Positions 27,781 to 41,395 of a stretch of 64,000 bases of DNA are shown in pieces. The first letter of the stretch is position 1. Each line of letters opens with the position of its first letter. The stretch covers positions 264,864,001-264,928,000 of the forward strand of contig OZ024743.1 of NCBI GenBank assembly GCA_964016885.1. Direction: 5' to 3'. The stretch comes from Eledone cirrhosa. Lineage: Eukaryota. The notes below the pieces were generated by a model. That model was given only the letters and a program-made list of their open reading frames with translations. It was not told where the DNA came from and made no database searches. The position numbers and the translations under genes were made by a program.

Positions 27781-28382
27781 ATCATCGGCGTTTCCCTGAG
27801 GCTCGGCCTCCGGATCTGCCAGCCACACCAATGTCGCTGCGGTTCCACCGTTGACTTTTTCGGCCTCCACCCGCTTTCCTGTCGCCACAGTACCGGCCGC
27901 ATTCCACGCCATGCTGCCCTCAACGAGGTCATTAAGCATGGCTTGGACGTTGTAAGCTTCTCTTCCCAGCTCGAGCCGGTGGCAAAAGGCCAGATGGTAT
28001 GACCATCTTCCCGTTCCGAGGTGGCAAACCCCTCGTCTGGGATACCACTTGCACAGACACTTTCTGCAGCCGCAACCTGGTGCAGTCTGCGACTGACCCA
28101 GGTTCTGCTGCACGTCGGGCTGAAGAGGCAAAACTCCTCAAATACCGGTCGCTCTCCGACAGGTTTGCTGTCATACCCCTGGCAGTGGAGACTTCTGGTG
28201 TCCTCGGCCCCAGGGCTACCTCCTTACTTACCACCATAGGCGCTGAGCTAGCCAGCCGCAGGTGTGAGCCCTGCGAGTTGGAGTGGTTCTTCCAGCGCGT
28301 ATCTCTCGCCGTCCTCCGGGGAAACGCCTTCTCCATTCTGTCCACCGGGGCTGTGGGTGGGCCCCATCGCGTACCGTTGTAG
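27781..28382 (+). mobile_element. 3' fragment of a CRE-type non-LTR retrotransposon (zinc knuckle plus restriction-like endonuclease)
   Basis: [16 protein letters not shown]....GLHPLSC....RHAALNEVI, frameshift, then RPDG.T..P...GKPLVWDTTC.D...AE..K..KY...PLAVET.G..G...RGNA. Confidence 0.82.
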
Positions 28383-28876
28383 TTGTTGTAGAGACCCTTC
28401 TAATTAAATACACATTTTGAATTATTGTACAGAGTATAAATAGATTTTTTATTATGTAAGGTTGTTTTGTCCCAAAGAAATTTAAAAACAATATGTCTAA
28501 TTAATTAATTTCTTGTTAATTACCGACTTTTTAAATCAACAATATCTTATAGTTTGAAGAAGAAGAAGAATACAATGGATAAGTACAGACAAATAGGAAA
28601 TTTGAAGCCAGAAATTTTGCATGTTTATCTATTTCTAAATCGAATTTACTCATGGGATTGTGTACATGTATGTATATATATATAGATATATTAGAAAATG
28701 TGTGAGATCCTTGGTACAGTTAGTTATATTTGAAAAAAAGGAAAATAATGACTTCTTTTGTAGTGTTAAAAAATATTTTGATTTAATATTATAATATAAT
28801 ATTATAATATTATATTATAACGTTAAATCAAAAAATTGTTTAACACTAAAAGTGAAGTTATTATTTTCCTTTTTTT

Positions 28877-28910
<34 letters not shown>

Positions 28911-28911
<1 letters not shown>

Positions 28912-31100
28912 TTCATCTTAGCCGACATATTCCAGGGAGGTTCGTAGGGGCAACGTTCTCCAGCACGAGTTCCATTGAGACCTGTCTGAAGCAACCGTCT
29001 TGAAGGGTGTCTACTCCTGAGTCACCTGCCGTTTGGATTTATCAGTAAAATGTGAACGGCGATTCTTTCCTAACACATTATAACTACGTATCTGCAATAT
29101 GGGAGCGATGACGTCTTAATTTGGACTAGTAGGCCCTAACTAGAGCGACTCTCTGGTCTCCGTGCTATGCCTTCTATCGAGTACGGTTACACCACATTCT
29201 CTTCGGAGGAACCTCATTTCGGCCGATTATATTCACGATCGTATTCTTTCGATAGATGACCAGAGATAAGGGTTGGTTCGAATACCGAATTGAAGGTAGC
29301 GAGTCTGGTTTTTACACCTAGCTCCCTTGTGATGACCAAATGCTAAAGATGGCGTACTACTGAACAAGCTTATGCAATTTTTGTACATACTTCAACATTC
29401 TGCCATCTCGAAGTGAAAGTATGCACCATTGCTGTAGTTCTACACCCTCATTGAATGGTTTCGACTTTGTATTATTTATCCGAACTCAAATACTAGTGCA
29501 TTCGTGTAGAACCATCAAGACAACAAGAAGCTGTTCATCAATCACATGCTCTTGCATAAGCTTACATGATAGGTTCCGTGACTATATGCATTTTCTAGAT
29601 ATACGAAACGAGAATACGCCTCTTGTCAATAATCCTTCCTTTCTGAAAAACCTGCTGCAGTGTGAATATTTGGTTTTCTGTGCTGTGTCCATGGTAAAAA
29701 TCACACTGTTCGTCAGCCAGTCTTGAATCGACAATATCCTCAGATCTCTTGGCCAGATACTTAACCGAGGAGGCTTAACAAGGAGACCCCTCTATAATTA
29801 CTGCAATTGCTCTTGTCTACCTCTTTGAAAATTAAGATTATCTCTCCCGATTGCCATTGCTTAGACGCCATTGCCCACAGCATTTAACAGCTGAAGCAGA
29901 AACTGCCGGGCTGAAGAGTCTTCACTCGGTTTTAACGCCTTAAGCCTGCTTAGAGAGTTCTGTGAATTTGGATGCTATAGTATCTACAAACCTGGTCGTG
30001 GCTTCCCTATCCACTAGCGCTTCCTAATTTATCACATAAATCAAACTGAACCTGTCAGTTTTGTGGGCTTCTGTTCGCTTAAGGTAGTCTTGGGTTGCAG
30101 ATAACTAGATTGTTATCAGCTTACAGGTCAGTCCTCTTAACACAAACATCCAGCACAGAATCGAAGACATCAGAGACAAAAAAAATAATCAATTATTGAT
30201 CTCTATTCCCGATTCCCTTTATATATGTGTATTGAAGGATGTTTTTGTGTTGGAAGAAGAGGTTCATAATAGTTTGCCTATTACTAGAACAGAAATATAA
30301 TAAGTCTTTTCAATTCGTATTTAGATCCGGATCGTCTTCTTTTCCAATCAATCCTTTCTATGCAAGGTAGTCAGCAGCAACATGTGCATTACATTATCCC
30401 ATGGAAGTATATATTCTGGCTCTTTGCATTAACCTTTCCACGAACAGAGACCTTTCTTTGAGCGAAAGCTTCAAGAGACATATCCTCCGTCCAATAGGAT
30501 CCAGTTCCTAACACATTCAGGGACTTATGCGTATCCCCACTTCCACCGGTGCAGTCATTTATGAGAGCGCACCTATACAGTAGAGTTTCTATCCTCCATT
30601 CAAATCTGCAGTATCAGCGTAACGGAACTTTGTTGAAGAACGCCGACTAATACCTAACCAGTAGCGTATGGCCTCCTCCACTAGTACCTGCTCATTGCCT
30701 GTAAGAGTTGACAAATTACAGTTACCAAATCTTAAGGTTTGCTCACTTCCGGGGTCTCGAGATATGTAACCTTTGTGCTTCTATCCCATGCCTCCAACTA
30801 CATGTCACCAGCCTATCACCAGTTTTTTAGCAGCGTTAGGGGGATACTGCAATTTATTTTTCAAACAGACCCGTCCCTTGTTATACCGGATAAAGAACGA
30901 TGTGATATTAATGTTTTTACTGTTTCCGACAGTGATCTTGAGCTCTCATTCGTGCCAGTCACCAATTTGTTACTTTTCTCAGATTCGCTAAGACACAGCT
31001 ATTTTAGAGATGGCCTTTACACGCCTCGTCATAGCTACATCATTGGGTCGTGAGAGTTTTCTTGGGAGATCACTGTCATCCATTGCTCTATTTCCCCTAG
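28911..31100 (-). mobile_element. Possible heavily decayed LINE (RTE-like?)
   Basis: Higher-GC block starting abruptly at a TA tract; no intact motif read; weak. Confidence 0.25.
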
Positions 31101-31454
31101 TAGTTACAGCTGACAGTCTGAGATATGCATATATGTGCGTGTGTATGTATGTGTTTTTATGTCAGTCTGTCTTAGTGTGATTGTCTGTAGGTGTGTGCCT
31201 GTACCATATACATAAAGGCATACGCACCACAAAAGTTATTTTCTCGTGAATTCTATTTTAAGTCTCGTAGTAATCAATACACACTAATTATTTTGCAACA
31301 CATGTCACTGGCTAAAGCAGCGTCGCACTTGTGTGTAATGGTGATGATTCTAGGAATTGAATGTACATACTTTATGACCACCAACTCCACTCCAAAAAAA
31401 AAAAAAGAAAGTCATAACTGCAGAGACGACCATGATTCTGTTTGTAATTTTTTT

Positions 31455-31648
31455 TATTTGGGCACAACCATTTTGGAGAAGCGCAAAGTCGAATAAATGG
31501 TCCCTGGTGTGTTACTGGTACTGTATTTTATCGATCCCGTCGGGATGAAAGGCAAAGCTAATCTGCGAGGGATTTAAACTCTGAACGTAACATTATGCCG
31601 CGAATCTCTGTTATCCAAAGCTCTAGTAATATTGCCAATCTACCGCCC
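31455..31648 (-). mobile_element. Diverged SINE copy
   Basis: tactggtactgtattttatcgatcccgtcgggatgaaaggcaaag core. Confidence 0.75.
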
Positions 31649-32021
31649 TATTTTGCCTGCAAAATAATATCCTTAAATACTGCGAAAAGCCATGATACTT
31701 AAACATTGGCAATATTTACAGGCAACATATATATGTCTTTAAATGTTGCGGTGTCCTACAAGATGGTGCTAATGAAGCACTGTCATTTTCGTAGTTTCAT
31801 CAACTCGAAAGATATATTGTAGGTTGGAGCGGATGTGGTACTCTAGCACATATAGCGGGTGGGGTGTTGGTTTTGTCACTCTGGTGTATGCCTATTACAT
31901 GGTTGGAGAGATATTGAAGGATTGCAAAAAGACGGCAATCATTTGTGAAGATGGAGCAATCACCATGAATGTTTGTATATATAGGCTCCGCGGTAGAGTT
32001 GACAAATAAATACAAACGGAA

Positions 32022-32132
<111 letters not shown>

Positions 32133-33334
32133 CGTGTGCGTGTGTGTGTGCGTGCGTGTGTGTGTACACAAACGTACGTAGATATTTACACATACACGCA
32201 CACATGTATATGTGTGTGCATATATTTATATGTATATATTTATATATATATACACTCACACGCACACACATATTTGTATGTGTTTGTGTGTATGCATGTT
32301 CATGTGTATATATATATATATATGTGTGTGCTCGTGTGTGTATGTTTATGTGTGTATATATACACTTCTATGTAAAAACATACAAATTGTATATATATCC
32401 TTTCTCCTTTTTTATTTGAAATTATAATTTATATGAACTTAAATCTCCGTATTCGGTTTGACATCAAAATTGCTTGGAATATATTGTAGGATCTCTGAGT
32501 GGTTTTTAAAGTGTCAAAACTTGGTGCCACTGGGATAATTACCTCTAAAAATTACATTATTTCTCTTTTTATGAATTCATTTATTTGTTTTTGTTAATAT
32601 ATGCAGGGATCTATCGTGGAAACCTCTGATTAAATTGCATTGAATTTGCCGTCAATTACAGATTCTCATCTGTCAGATATTGTTGTTTCTTATGACACCA
32701 TGTTATTCTGCTTGTTCTTTTGGTTGCTATACACATATTGTACATTTTTGTATCTTGAATTGGAGATTTCTATTTATATTGCATTTTTGCTGTGTGTTTT
32801 TCTGCTTTTATTTTAACCGTCGTTCTTATTGCAGCATCCGTTCTTGTAGTGACTCTTATTGATATTCTATGTTATTGTTATTGTTGTTTATCCATTATTA
32901 CTATTTATTATTATTATTAATGCTATTTATATTATTATTACTGTTATTGTTTTTGTTGTGTTGGTGTTGTTATTGTTGTGGTGGTTGTTGTGGTTGTTGT
33001 TGTTATTGTTCTGGCTGTTGTTTTTGTCGCTGTGCTTGATTGCGATTGTATATTCTGATTGTATACGATTTCATTATAGATTTATTTATAACATGGTTGC
33101 ATATATTTTTCCAGTTATTGTTGCGAAGGTGAAGACGACGCTGCTGATGATGATAATATTATTTTTTGGAGTCGGTAATGATGGTTATGATTTTAATCAT
33201 CATCATTTTCATCATCATCACGATACTGATGCTTATAAAGATAGATATTATGATAATGGTGATGGTATTTGTTGTTTGATTTTATCGTTCTGTTCTATTC
33301 ATAGCGTACTTAATGTTGTAGATATCAGTGTTGA

Positions 33335-33540
33335 TAAAATAAAGTACCAGTTAAGTACTGGACGCGACATAATAAAACTTCCCTTTCCCCTAAATGTGTG
33401 GCATTTTACCAAAATAATTAACAACTATTATTATTATTAACTTTGCCTTTCATCCTTATGGGGTCGATAAAATAAAGTACCAGTAATACACTGGGTAATT
33501 TGCTGGCCTTGTGCTAAAAGTAGAAACAATTATTATTATT
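33335..33540 (+). mobile_element. Two 5'-truncated SINE copies in tandem, each ending in (ATT)n
   Basis: gataaaataaagtaccagt core at 33333 and 33466; ATT tails at ~33426-33438 and ~33529-33540. Confidence 0.75.
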
Positions 33541-35218
33541 GGCTGTCAGACAGGTAAGACGAGTTTTTTTAGCTCCGTAAAGGGGTAAATTTTCGGTTTT
33601 ATTTTTATTGTTATAACTTTTTTAAAAGGTAATTAGACATAGGGTGTCGTTATATTATTTAGGCCATTTGGCCCAAATATTTGAACTTTTTATAATAATT
33701 TTTTTTCGACAAAAAAAAAACATAGCGGAGCCAGGCCCCCAACTTTGAGTCTGATGTTGTGTGACAGTGGTGCAGACGTTGAGCTGAGTAGCACCAACCC
33801 TAGCTCAGATGAATGAAAAAATAGCAACAAAAACAACAATAATATTAACAACACCACCAACAACAACAAGAACGGCGACACCACCACTACCACTAACAAC
33901 AACAACAAGTCAAGAAAATAACCACACAAAAAAGCAACTGTACCAGGAACAACAATAGATGATTAACAACAACACCATTACCAAATGCAACAACAACAAT
34001 ATCACCAACAACAATGTGACCAGAAACACAGACGACAACAAGAACTCTTTTACTGCTGCAGAAGCAAAAAAATGCCAGGCCATAGCATGCAAAAGAGAAA
34101 TATTGGCCCATGCATGGAAGCTCATTAAACAAGAACAAACCTGGGACAAATGAACCGTCACGGCAGAGGCCATAGAAGCAGTGGAGAAAAGAACGCTGCT
34201 ATTAAGAGGAATCTCAGTGGAGATTAAAAAAGCGGCCAACACTCCCCAGTGAGACAGGCCTTTCCGTAGCTCGTCTCTTTGTCTGAGATCCTGGCATATG
34301 GAATGTTGCCATGCATACATTACCCTCTAACAGGCGGGTAATATGGGCAGTGGAACTTCCACTCTCGAGTTCTAAAGAGCACTAGCCGTGGTCAAGTGCA
34401 ACGACGCACTTGGAGAGTATATGGGCGTCGACTAATTCGAAAAGCCCAGTCTTTTCCTGCGGACTTTCAAGCCTGAGACAATGGATAACTGTCAGAAATC
34501 CCTCGTTTGGCAGTGCTACCGGAGAACACAGCCGGTTCGAGATAAACTCTACAGGCACCAAAGTGCTGTCAAATGAACCAACCTCGTCTAGTGTCCGTGC
34601 ATTACGGATTTGTGGAGTTATGTCTAACAGCTGTTGTTGCGTATAAAACGGATCCGGCTATCGACCGACTCCATAGTGAAGATCGCCACACCTCCTTCTT
34701 TTGGTCAGGGAGGGCAGGTAGTTTTCCTCTGTATGGTGGTGGTAGCGAAAGAGGTTGTGTCTTGGACCAGGTTGAAAGGACTGGAGACAGACACTTTTCT
34801 CTTCGGCCAATCCCTCATCAACCTTTTCAAGTATCACTTGGAAAGGAAGGTGAGCATGGAGAGAAAAGTGCTGCCACCCAGTGCATTTGCTGAAAGGCGG
34901 GTGAATGTGGCGAGAATAGCACGTGTGAGTGGGCCTACTCTAATCATGCGCCTATAGATGGGTGAATTTGAGGAGGAGTGGGGTGCCCTTCCCGGGTGCT
35001 CTCGAAGCGTCGGGTGGTTCAGGATTGGTGGGGTACCTGAGTGAACACTGGGTGTCATCCCCCCTATTGGGGAATTTTCCTTGTATTTTTATTGCTATTT
35101 TGTTATTGTTATTTATATTGTTTACACGTTGTATATGTCAATCCCCACTGTCCCTGTATTTTTATTGTCCCTTATATGTCGGCCCTTGTGGCCAATAAAT
35201 GAAACTATTATTATTATA
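33541..35218 (+). mobile_element. Internally deleted Tx1/L1-clade LINE (5' UTR and ORF1 start joined to ORF2 3' end)
   Basis: 5' hairpin ggccatttggcccaaatat and LAHAWKLIKQEQTW, then at ~34240 a jump to sequence homologous to ~45970-47030. Confidence 0.85.
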
Positions 35219-35453
35219 GGGCGGTGGATTGGAAGTATCGATAGAGGGTCGGACGCCATGCTTTCCAGCAGAGAGTTACGTCCTTTGATGGTTTGCCTTC
35301 AAATCCCGCCGAGCTTAACTTTGCCTTTCATCCTTACGGGGTCGATAAAATAAAGCACCAGTAATGCACTGGGGTCAATTTAATCGACTTTCCCCTCCCC
35401 TTCAAATACCTGCCTTGCGCCCATATAAGAAATTATTATTATTATTATTATCA
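35219..35453 (+). mobile_element. Full-length SINE copy inserted between LINE copies
   Basis: ggcggtggattgg A-box-like head, ttcaaatcccgccg B-box, conserved core, ATT tail. Confidence 0.85.
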
Positions 35454-38400
35454 TTGGTCGTTGAAGCGAATGGACGTACTATCGTGAGCTCGTAAGTTTG
35501 TTTTGTCCAACGGTTTGAAATACGTTTGTCATTAATATTTTTTGTTTCAAACGGGAAATAAGATTTTGTCTTGCCCCAAGAAAGGACTCCCCATAAATTT
35601 GGGCCTTTTGGTCCAAATATTTAAACTTTGTGTGTGTAAAAGAAAACTTTATAAAAAGAAAAAAAAACATGGTGGAGGCACGCCCCCAACTTTGAATTTG
35701 CTGTCTTGCGACAGCGAGTCAAAATTCGAAATTAATAACGCAGCCCCTCCCACAACAATTTTAAAATGTAACAACACATCAGGCAATATCGCCAACACAA
35801 TCACCAACAACAGTGACAACAAAAATGACAACAGCAGCAACAAAGACATTACCAAAAACAGTAAAAAAAAAAAAAAAACACTCGTGAACAAAAACAACAG
35901 CACCAACAACAACGACAGGAAAACCAACAACAACTGCAATAATGACAAAAACACCAACGACAACAAAGACAACAATATCAATAACAGTGACAACCACAAC
36001 AATAGCAACAATAGCAACAGCAACAACGAAATTAACACCACAGCGACAGCACCAACAGCAACAATACCAACTGCACCGAAAACAACAACAACGGCGGCAC
36101 CATAGACATCAATGATAACAGCAACAGTGATAACAGCAACAACAACAAACAAGAACAACGACACCAACAACACCACCAACGACAACAAGAAGAACACTTT
36201 CGCTGCGGCAGCAGCCAAAAAGAGGCCATGCTTCAACATGGACCTCTCAAACAAAGATTAAATGATGGCCCAGGCCTGGAAGCTCATCAATCAAGAGCAA
36301 ACCTGGGCCAACTTAATTGTCCCGGTAGAAGCTATTGAAGCAGTGGAGCAGATGCATCTCAGCACAAACCAAACGGGCAGCTTTAATTCCACAAGCAGAT
36401 GTCGTCGAAGTCGTGCTGAGGTGCATCAGGGATGACACCGAATACATAACGAGGGGCAGACAATCAACACCATTTCGGTGCTGTTCAAGTGAGAAGCTCT
36501 CGCTATGAAACATGCTATGACACCTTTCAAAACCAGCAAGGTCATAATGTACCGCTCCCACATGGGAAAAAGAGCAGCCCGTTTCCGCATTCCCAGAATC
36601 CCACCAGGACTTGACATGTGGTGGCTTTTGGGATGTGTGATTGTGGAGGGGACGGATACCGTCCGGATAGAAGTAGCAAGAATTGCCAGAGAGGAGTCGA
36701 CCTGGAGATAATTCTCTACATCAGGCCGAAGAATGTCACAACAATCCCGGACCACATCCGTCTTCATAATGGGGCGGTCATTCACATTATGACCGAGGGT
36801 AAAAGGTCGCATTGTTTTGTTTGTGGGGAAAAAAACCCATCTGCCCTCAAATGCTGAAAGATGCAAGGGGTCGAAGGGCCCCATTGCTGCCGACGCCGGG
36901 GCGAGGACCACAACCAACACCAGGACCGGCAAACCACCAGAAACAATACCAATAGAAAGACCACCACCAACATTGACCACCCACGGGGGAAACGAGGAAA
37001 GTTGTCAAATCCCCCCCCCCCCCCCAAGAAAATACACACATCAATAAAAACATAAACACAAACACAGACACAGACACAAACACACTTACAGACACAGGTC
37101 CCTCATCTACCAGTAGTGAAGATGAGAGAAAACTAAAATCCCTTAAAATACAAAAAGTAACACAAAAAAAGCTCAACAAAACACAAAAACACCCACAATA
37201 AAAAACGTAGACACCACTCACGCAAAGATCTCTCCAACAACACCAACATCACCACCACCATCATCATCACCATCACCAGAATCCCCCAAACGCAAACAAC
37301 CTAAACAGACGCAAGAACAAATACACACACAAACATCTGAAACCACAGACACCGCACTCACAACAAACACAGACACAACCGAAACAATACCATCAAACCA
37401 TCACAACCACAGCCACGCAAACAAATAAAGTCACACCAACCAAACTTCGTGCTCGTTAGGAGTGCCAACAAGGAACTGATAGCCCCTGTAGCACGAAGTG
37501 AAGAAATACAAAAAGAGGGGGACATTTTTAAATCGGGCACATTTCGCGTGCCGGAAGATTTGTTTCTGGTGCGAAATCGCTCTATTTATACAAAGATATA
37601 CGAGACATCTTTACTTGGGACGTGGGAACCCCGAACGTAAAACCCACTTCAAGACTTTTAAAGGGGTTCCCAGAAGAAACCCCTCCAACTATGGACGTCG
37701 AACCACCCGACCTTCACAAGAGCCCGGAAGGTAAGTAAACCTTTCCTCTCTCTTTTTAGCCTGCCAACATGGCCGTATTAAGAGTAGGAAGTTTATATGT
37801 TCGAGGCCTTGGATCGTCCTGGAAGCAGAGTCACATGCTCAACGACATCAAGTCTCTAGGAATGGATGTAATTGCCGTCAGCGAGACCAGGATTTCCGAC
37901 ACGCGCGCACTAGCCTCCATTTTCAACGACTATCAGATCTTCACATCTGTTAGTCGGTCGGGAATGGCAGTGCTGTTTAGGAAAGGCCTGGATCTCGAGG
38001 TAAGATCGATCTTCCGGGACCCGGACGGTAAGTTGGTGGTCCTGGATGTGAAGAATAACGAAGGTGGTGCCTTTAGACTGGTGGCTGTCTACACCCCTAC
38101 TGGGGCAGGAAGGCCGGACTTCTTTAGACGCCTGGAAGCCTTTCTGGGTACGTCTCGCCCTTTACTGTTAGCGGGGGACTGGAACGGCATATTAGACGCA
38201 CGCTGGGAATGTGTGGGAGTATCCGATAGGAGTGAGGGGTGCAAAAGCCTCAAGTACCTGATCGGCCAGTTCCAACTGTCTGACAGGTACCGACTAGATT
38301 ACCCTAATACGCCAGTGTGGACCTGGAGAAATCGTTTAGGGACATCCAGATCGTACTTAGATAGGTTTCTAATTAGATTAGTGGATAAGGATAGTATAGG

Positions 38401-41395
38401 GTGTCCATAATTACATACGGTCGTCTATTCAGATCACAAGTTTGTGATCTGTATGGTCGACCTAGATAAGACGCGTAGGTTAGGACCTAGTTATTGGAAG
38501 CTGAACATATAATTTCGGGCACGTAAGGTTTACAGGGACTGAGTTAACAATTTAGTTAAGAAAAATTTGACTGGGTTGAGTCGTCAACAATAGATGGTGG
38601 GGGGGCTCTCAAAAGAGAGATTCGAGAAATGTCAATAGAGTTTAGCAAAGAAGTAGCGTAAAAGAAAAATAGAAAAGAGGGGGTGTTGGTAGATAAGTTA
38701 GACGAGGCTATTTGTAGTGGCATTGCAACTGACGTGCTAGCAGCGAGAATGGCATTAGATCATTTCTTCAATGCGAAACACGAAGGTTGCATTGTCAGAG
38801 CTAAGGCGCGTGGTCTGAGAAACGAGGAAATCAAAGCTGTTCGATGGGCCCAGGTGACAGAGGCGCAGCGTGGTAATAAAACCACGATTCGGTCTTTGAC
38901 GGACCGAGAAGCACACGAGCTGAGCGATTCCAAGCGGATTTGTAAGGCCTTTCGCAAATATTTTGCTCGTTTGTTCGGGGGAAGCGGCTGGTAAGAGACG
39001 GTGGCGGACTTCAGTCACTACCGCGATGGCTTGCCGCAACTCTTGACGGCCGAAGCTGACCGGTGCGAAAGACCGATTACTTCAGCTGAGATTCAGGATG
39101 CCCTTGTCGGCTGCACGAGGCGCAAATCACCCGGTTTGGATGGTCTGCCCTACTAGCTTTACATAAATATGCCAGACTTGTTCTCCGATCTCCTCGAAGT
39201 GCTCTACTGCGACTGGCAGCAGAACGGGAGTATTCCCAGTTCTGTGAGCCGGGGCGTAGTGACGCTGATGAGGAAAGACGAGAACAAGATGGACACATTA
39301 GACAATTTCAGGCCCATAACTCTGCTCAACACACAGTTTAAGATTTTGGCCAAGGTGTTAGCGAAGATGTTGGCACTTGTCGTCGAGGATTTGATTGCGG
39401 AGGCGCAAAATTGCGCAATCCCAACCAGGCCCGTACACGACAATCTACACCTGATGCGATACATCATAGAGAGGTTAGAGTGTAAACCTGGCTTCGGTGG
39501 AGCTCTGATCAATTTAGATCAATCCAAAGCATTCCATAGGGTCGACCATCGGTACCTGGGGGCTGTTCTCAAGGTAGCTGGTTTCGGCTTGTCTTCAGAA
39601 GCTGGATCGCTGCAATGCACAGCGGCATGTGCTCGGTGGTCAAAGTTAATGGCCACCTCTCGGAACGGTCCGTCAAGGGAGCCCTCTCTCATCCCTTCTG
39701 TACGTATTGACTCTCTAGCCATTACTGCAGAAGCTGGAGCTGTTGCAGGGCATCCCGCTCGAACCGGGACGCGATAAGGTTGTGTCGTCTTATGCGGACG
39801 ACATCACCGTGATGGTGTCAGACACCTCAGAAATCGAGGTGGTCGGCAATTTATTAGAGGAATATGAATGGTTGACCTGAACAAAACTTAACCCGTAAAT
39901 GTTGACGGGCTTGCAACTCGGCACCTGGAGAGGCAAGTCCGTGCCGTGCAACAGCGTCGTTGGGCGCTGGACGGATGGACCGGTAAAGTTGCTCGAGGTT
40001 TGGTTCGGGCCAGACCTCCAGGTGGGTAAGAATTGGGACGAGGTCACGGGCATGGTAGCCAGTCTCACCCAGAAATGGGGTACGAGGAAGCTATCACTGG
40101 AAGCTCGGGTGGAGGTGGCGAACGCGTACATCGCGTCCCTCATCTACGACCGCCTGACCATCGTCCCTTGCCACCATTTGCACCTCGCAAATTTGGAGCG
40201 GCTCTTCTTCAAATACTTGTGGAGGGGTCAGGTGAGGCGGTCCATCTGCTGCTAGCACCCTCTACATGGAGGGTGGGTATGCCGTGGCTAACGATGCCCA
40301 GACACGCGCTGAGGCTGCGGCATCTCCAGATATTCTGCCTAAATGGTGAACAGGTGTGTTCGCCGTTTGTCAGACGGGCTTTTCCGCAGCTCGTCACTTT
40401 GACTGAGCTGCAGTCGTGGGTCAAGAAGAGACTGAAACTTGGTGACTGGCATCTGGAATGTTGCCAAGCACTCACTGCCCTCTACCAGGCGGGCAATGCG
40501 GCGGTCAGTGGAACTTCCACTCTCGAATTCTATAGAGGCTTAGTGGGGGACAAGTGCGACGACGCACACGGAGAGGCTCTGGGAGTCAACGAAGTCGAAC
40601 TAAGCAGTCTGTTCCGGAGGACTTTCGAGCCAGGGACGATGGATAATTTCCAAAAATCCCTCGATGGCAATGCTACCGGGGGGCACTGCCGGTTCGAGAT
40701 AAACTCTACAGGCACGGAAGTGATGTCAGACGGTCTTGCCCGAGATGCGCGCAGATTGACGAAAGCCTTCTGCACGCACTCGTCCAGTGTCCGTGCATTA
40801 CTGACTTGTGGGTTAATGTCGAACATCTGTTGTCGCGTGTAGAACGGATCCGGCTATCGGCCGAGTCCATAGTGAAGATCGACCCGCCGCCTTCTTTTGG
40901 CCAGGAAGGGCAGGCAATTGTTTTCTGTCTGGTAGTACCGAAAGAGGTTGTATGGTGAACAAGGTTGAAAGGCAGAAGACAGACACTTTTCTCTTCGGCC
41001 AATCCCTCATCAACTTTTTCAAGTATCACATGGAAAGGAAGGTGAGGGTAGAGAGAGAACTGCTGACCCCCAGTACATTTGCTGATAGGTGGGTGAATGT
41101 GGCGAGATTGGCCCGTGTGAGTAGGACTACTCTCATCACGCGCTTCTATGTGGGTAAATTTGAAGAGGACTGGGGTGCCCTTCCCGGGTGCTCTCGACGC
41201 GTCGGGTTGTTGAGTATTGGTAGGGGTACCTGAGCGAAACCTGGGTGGTCAGCCCCCCCCCCCCAACTTTGTTATTGTTATTCATATTGCTTACTCGATT
41301 TTTTCTGAAAAAACCCCACTGTCCCAGTATTTCGTATTGTCACCTATATGTCGGCCCTTGTGGTCCATAAATGAAATCATCATTATTATTATTAT
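35454..41395 (+). mobile_element. Full-length decayed Tx1/L1-clade LINE (ORF1 ~35668-37738; ORF2 ~37769-41150)
   Basis: ORF1 zinc knuckle CFVCGEK; APE endonuclease (SET, AGDWNG, SYLDR, SDH); RT (SPGLDGLP, RPITLLNT.FKILAK, YADD); many stops and frameshifts; ATT tail. Confidence 0.92.

Noticed and set aside
37731-37759. GTAAGT...pyrimidine tract...TAG between ORF1 and ORF2 as a fusion intron
   Set aside because: Only 29 nt, splicing would not put ORF2 in frame, and the AG is absent in the second copy
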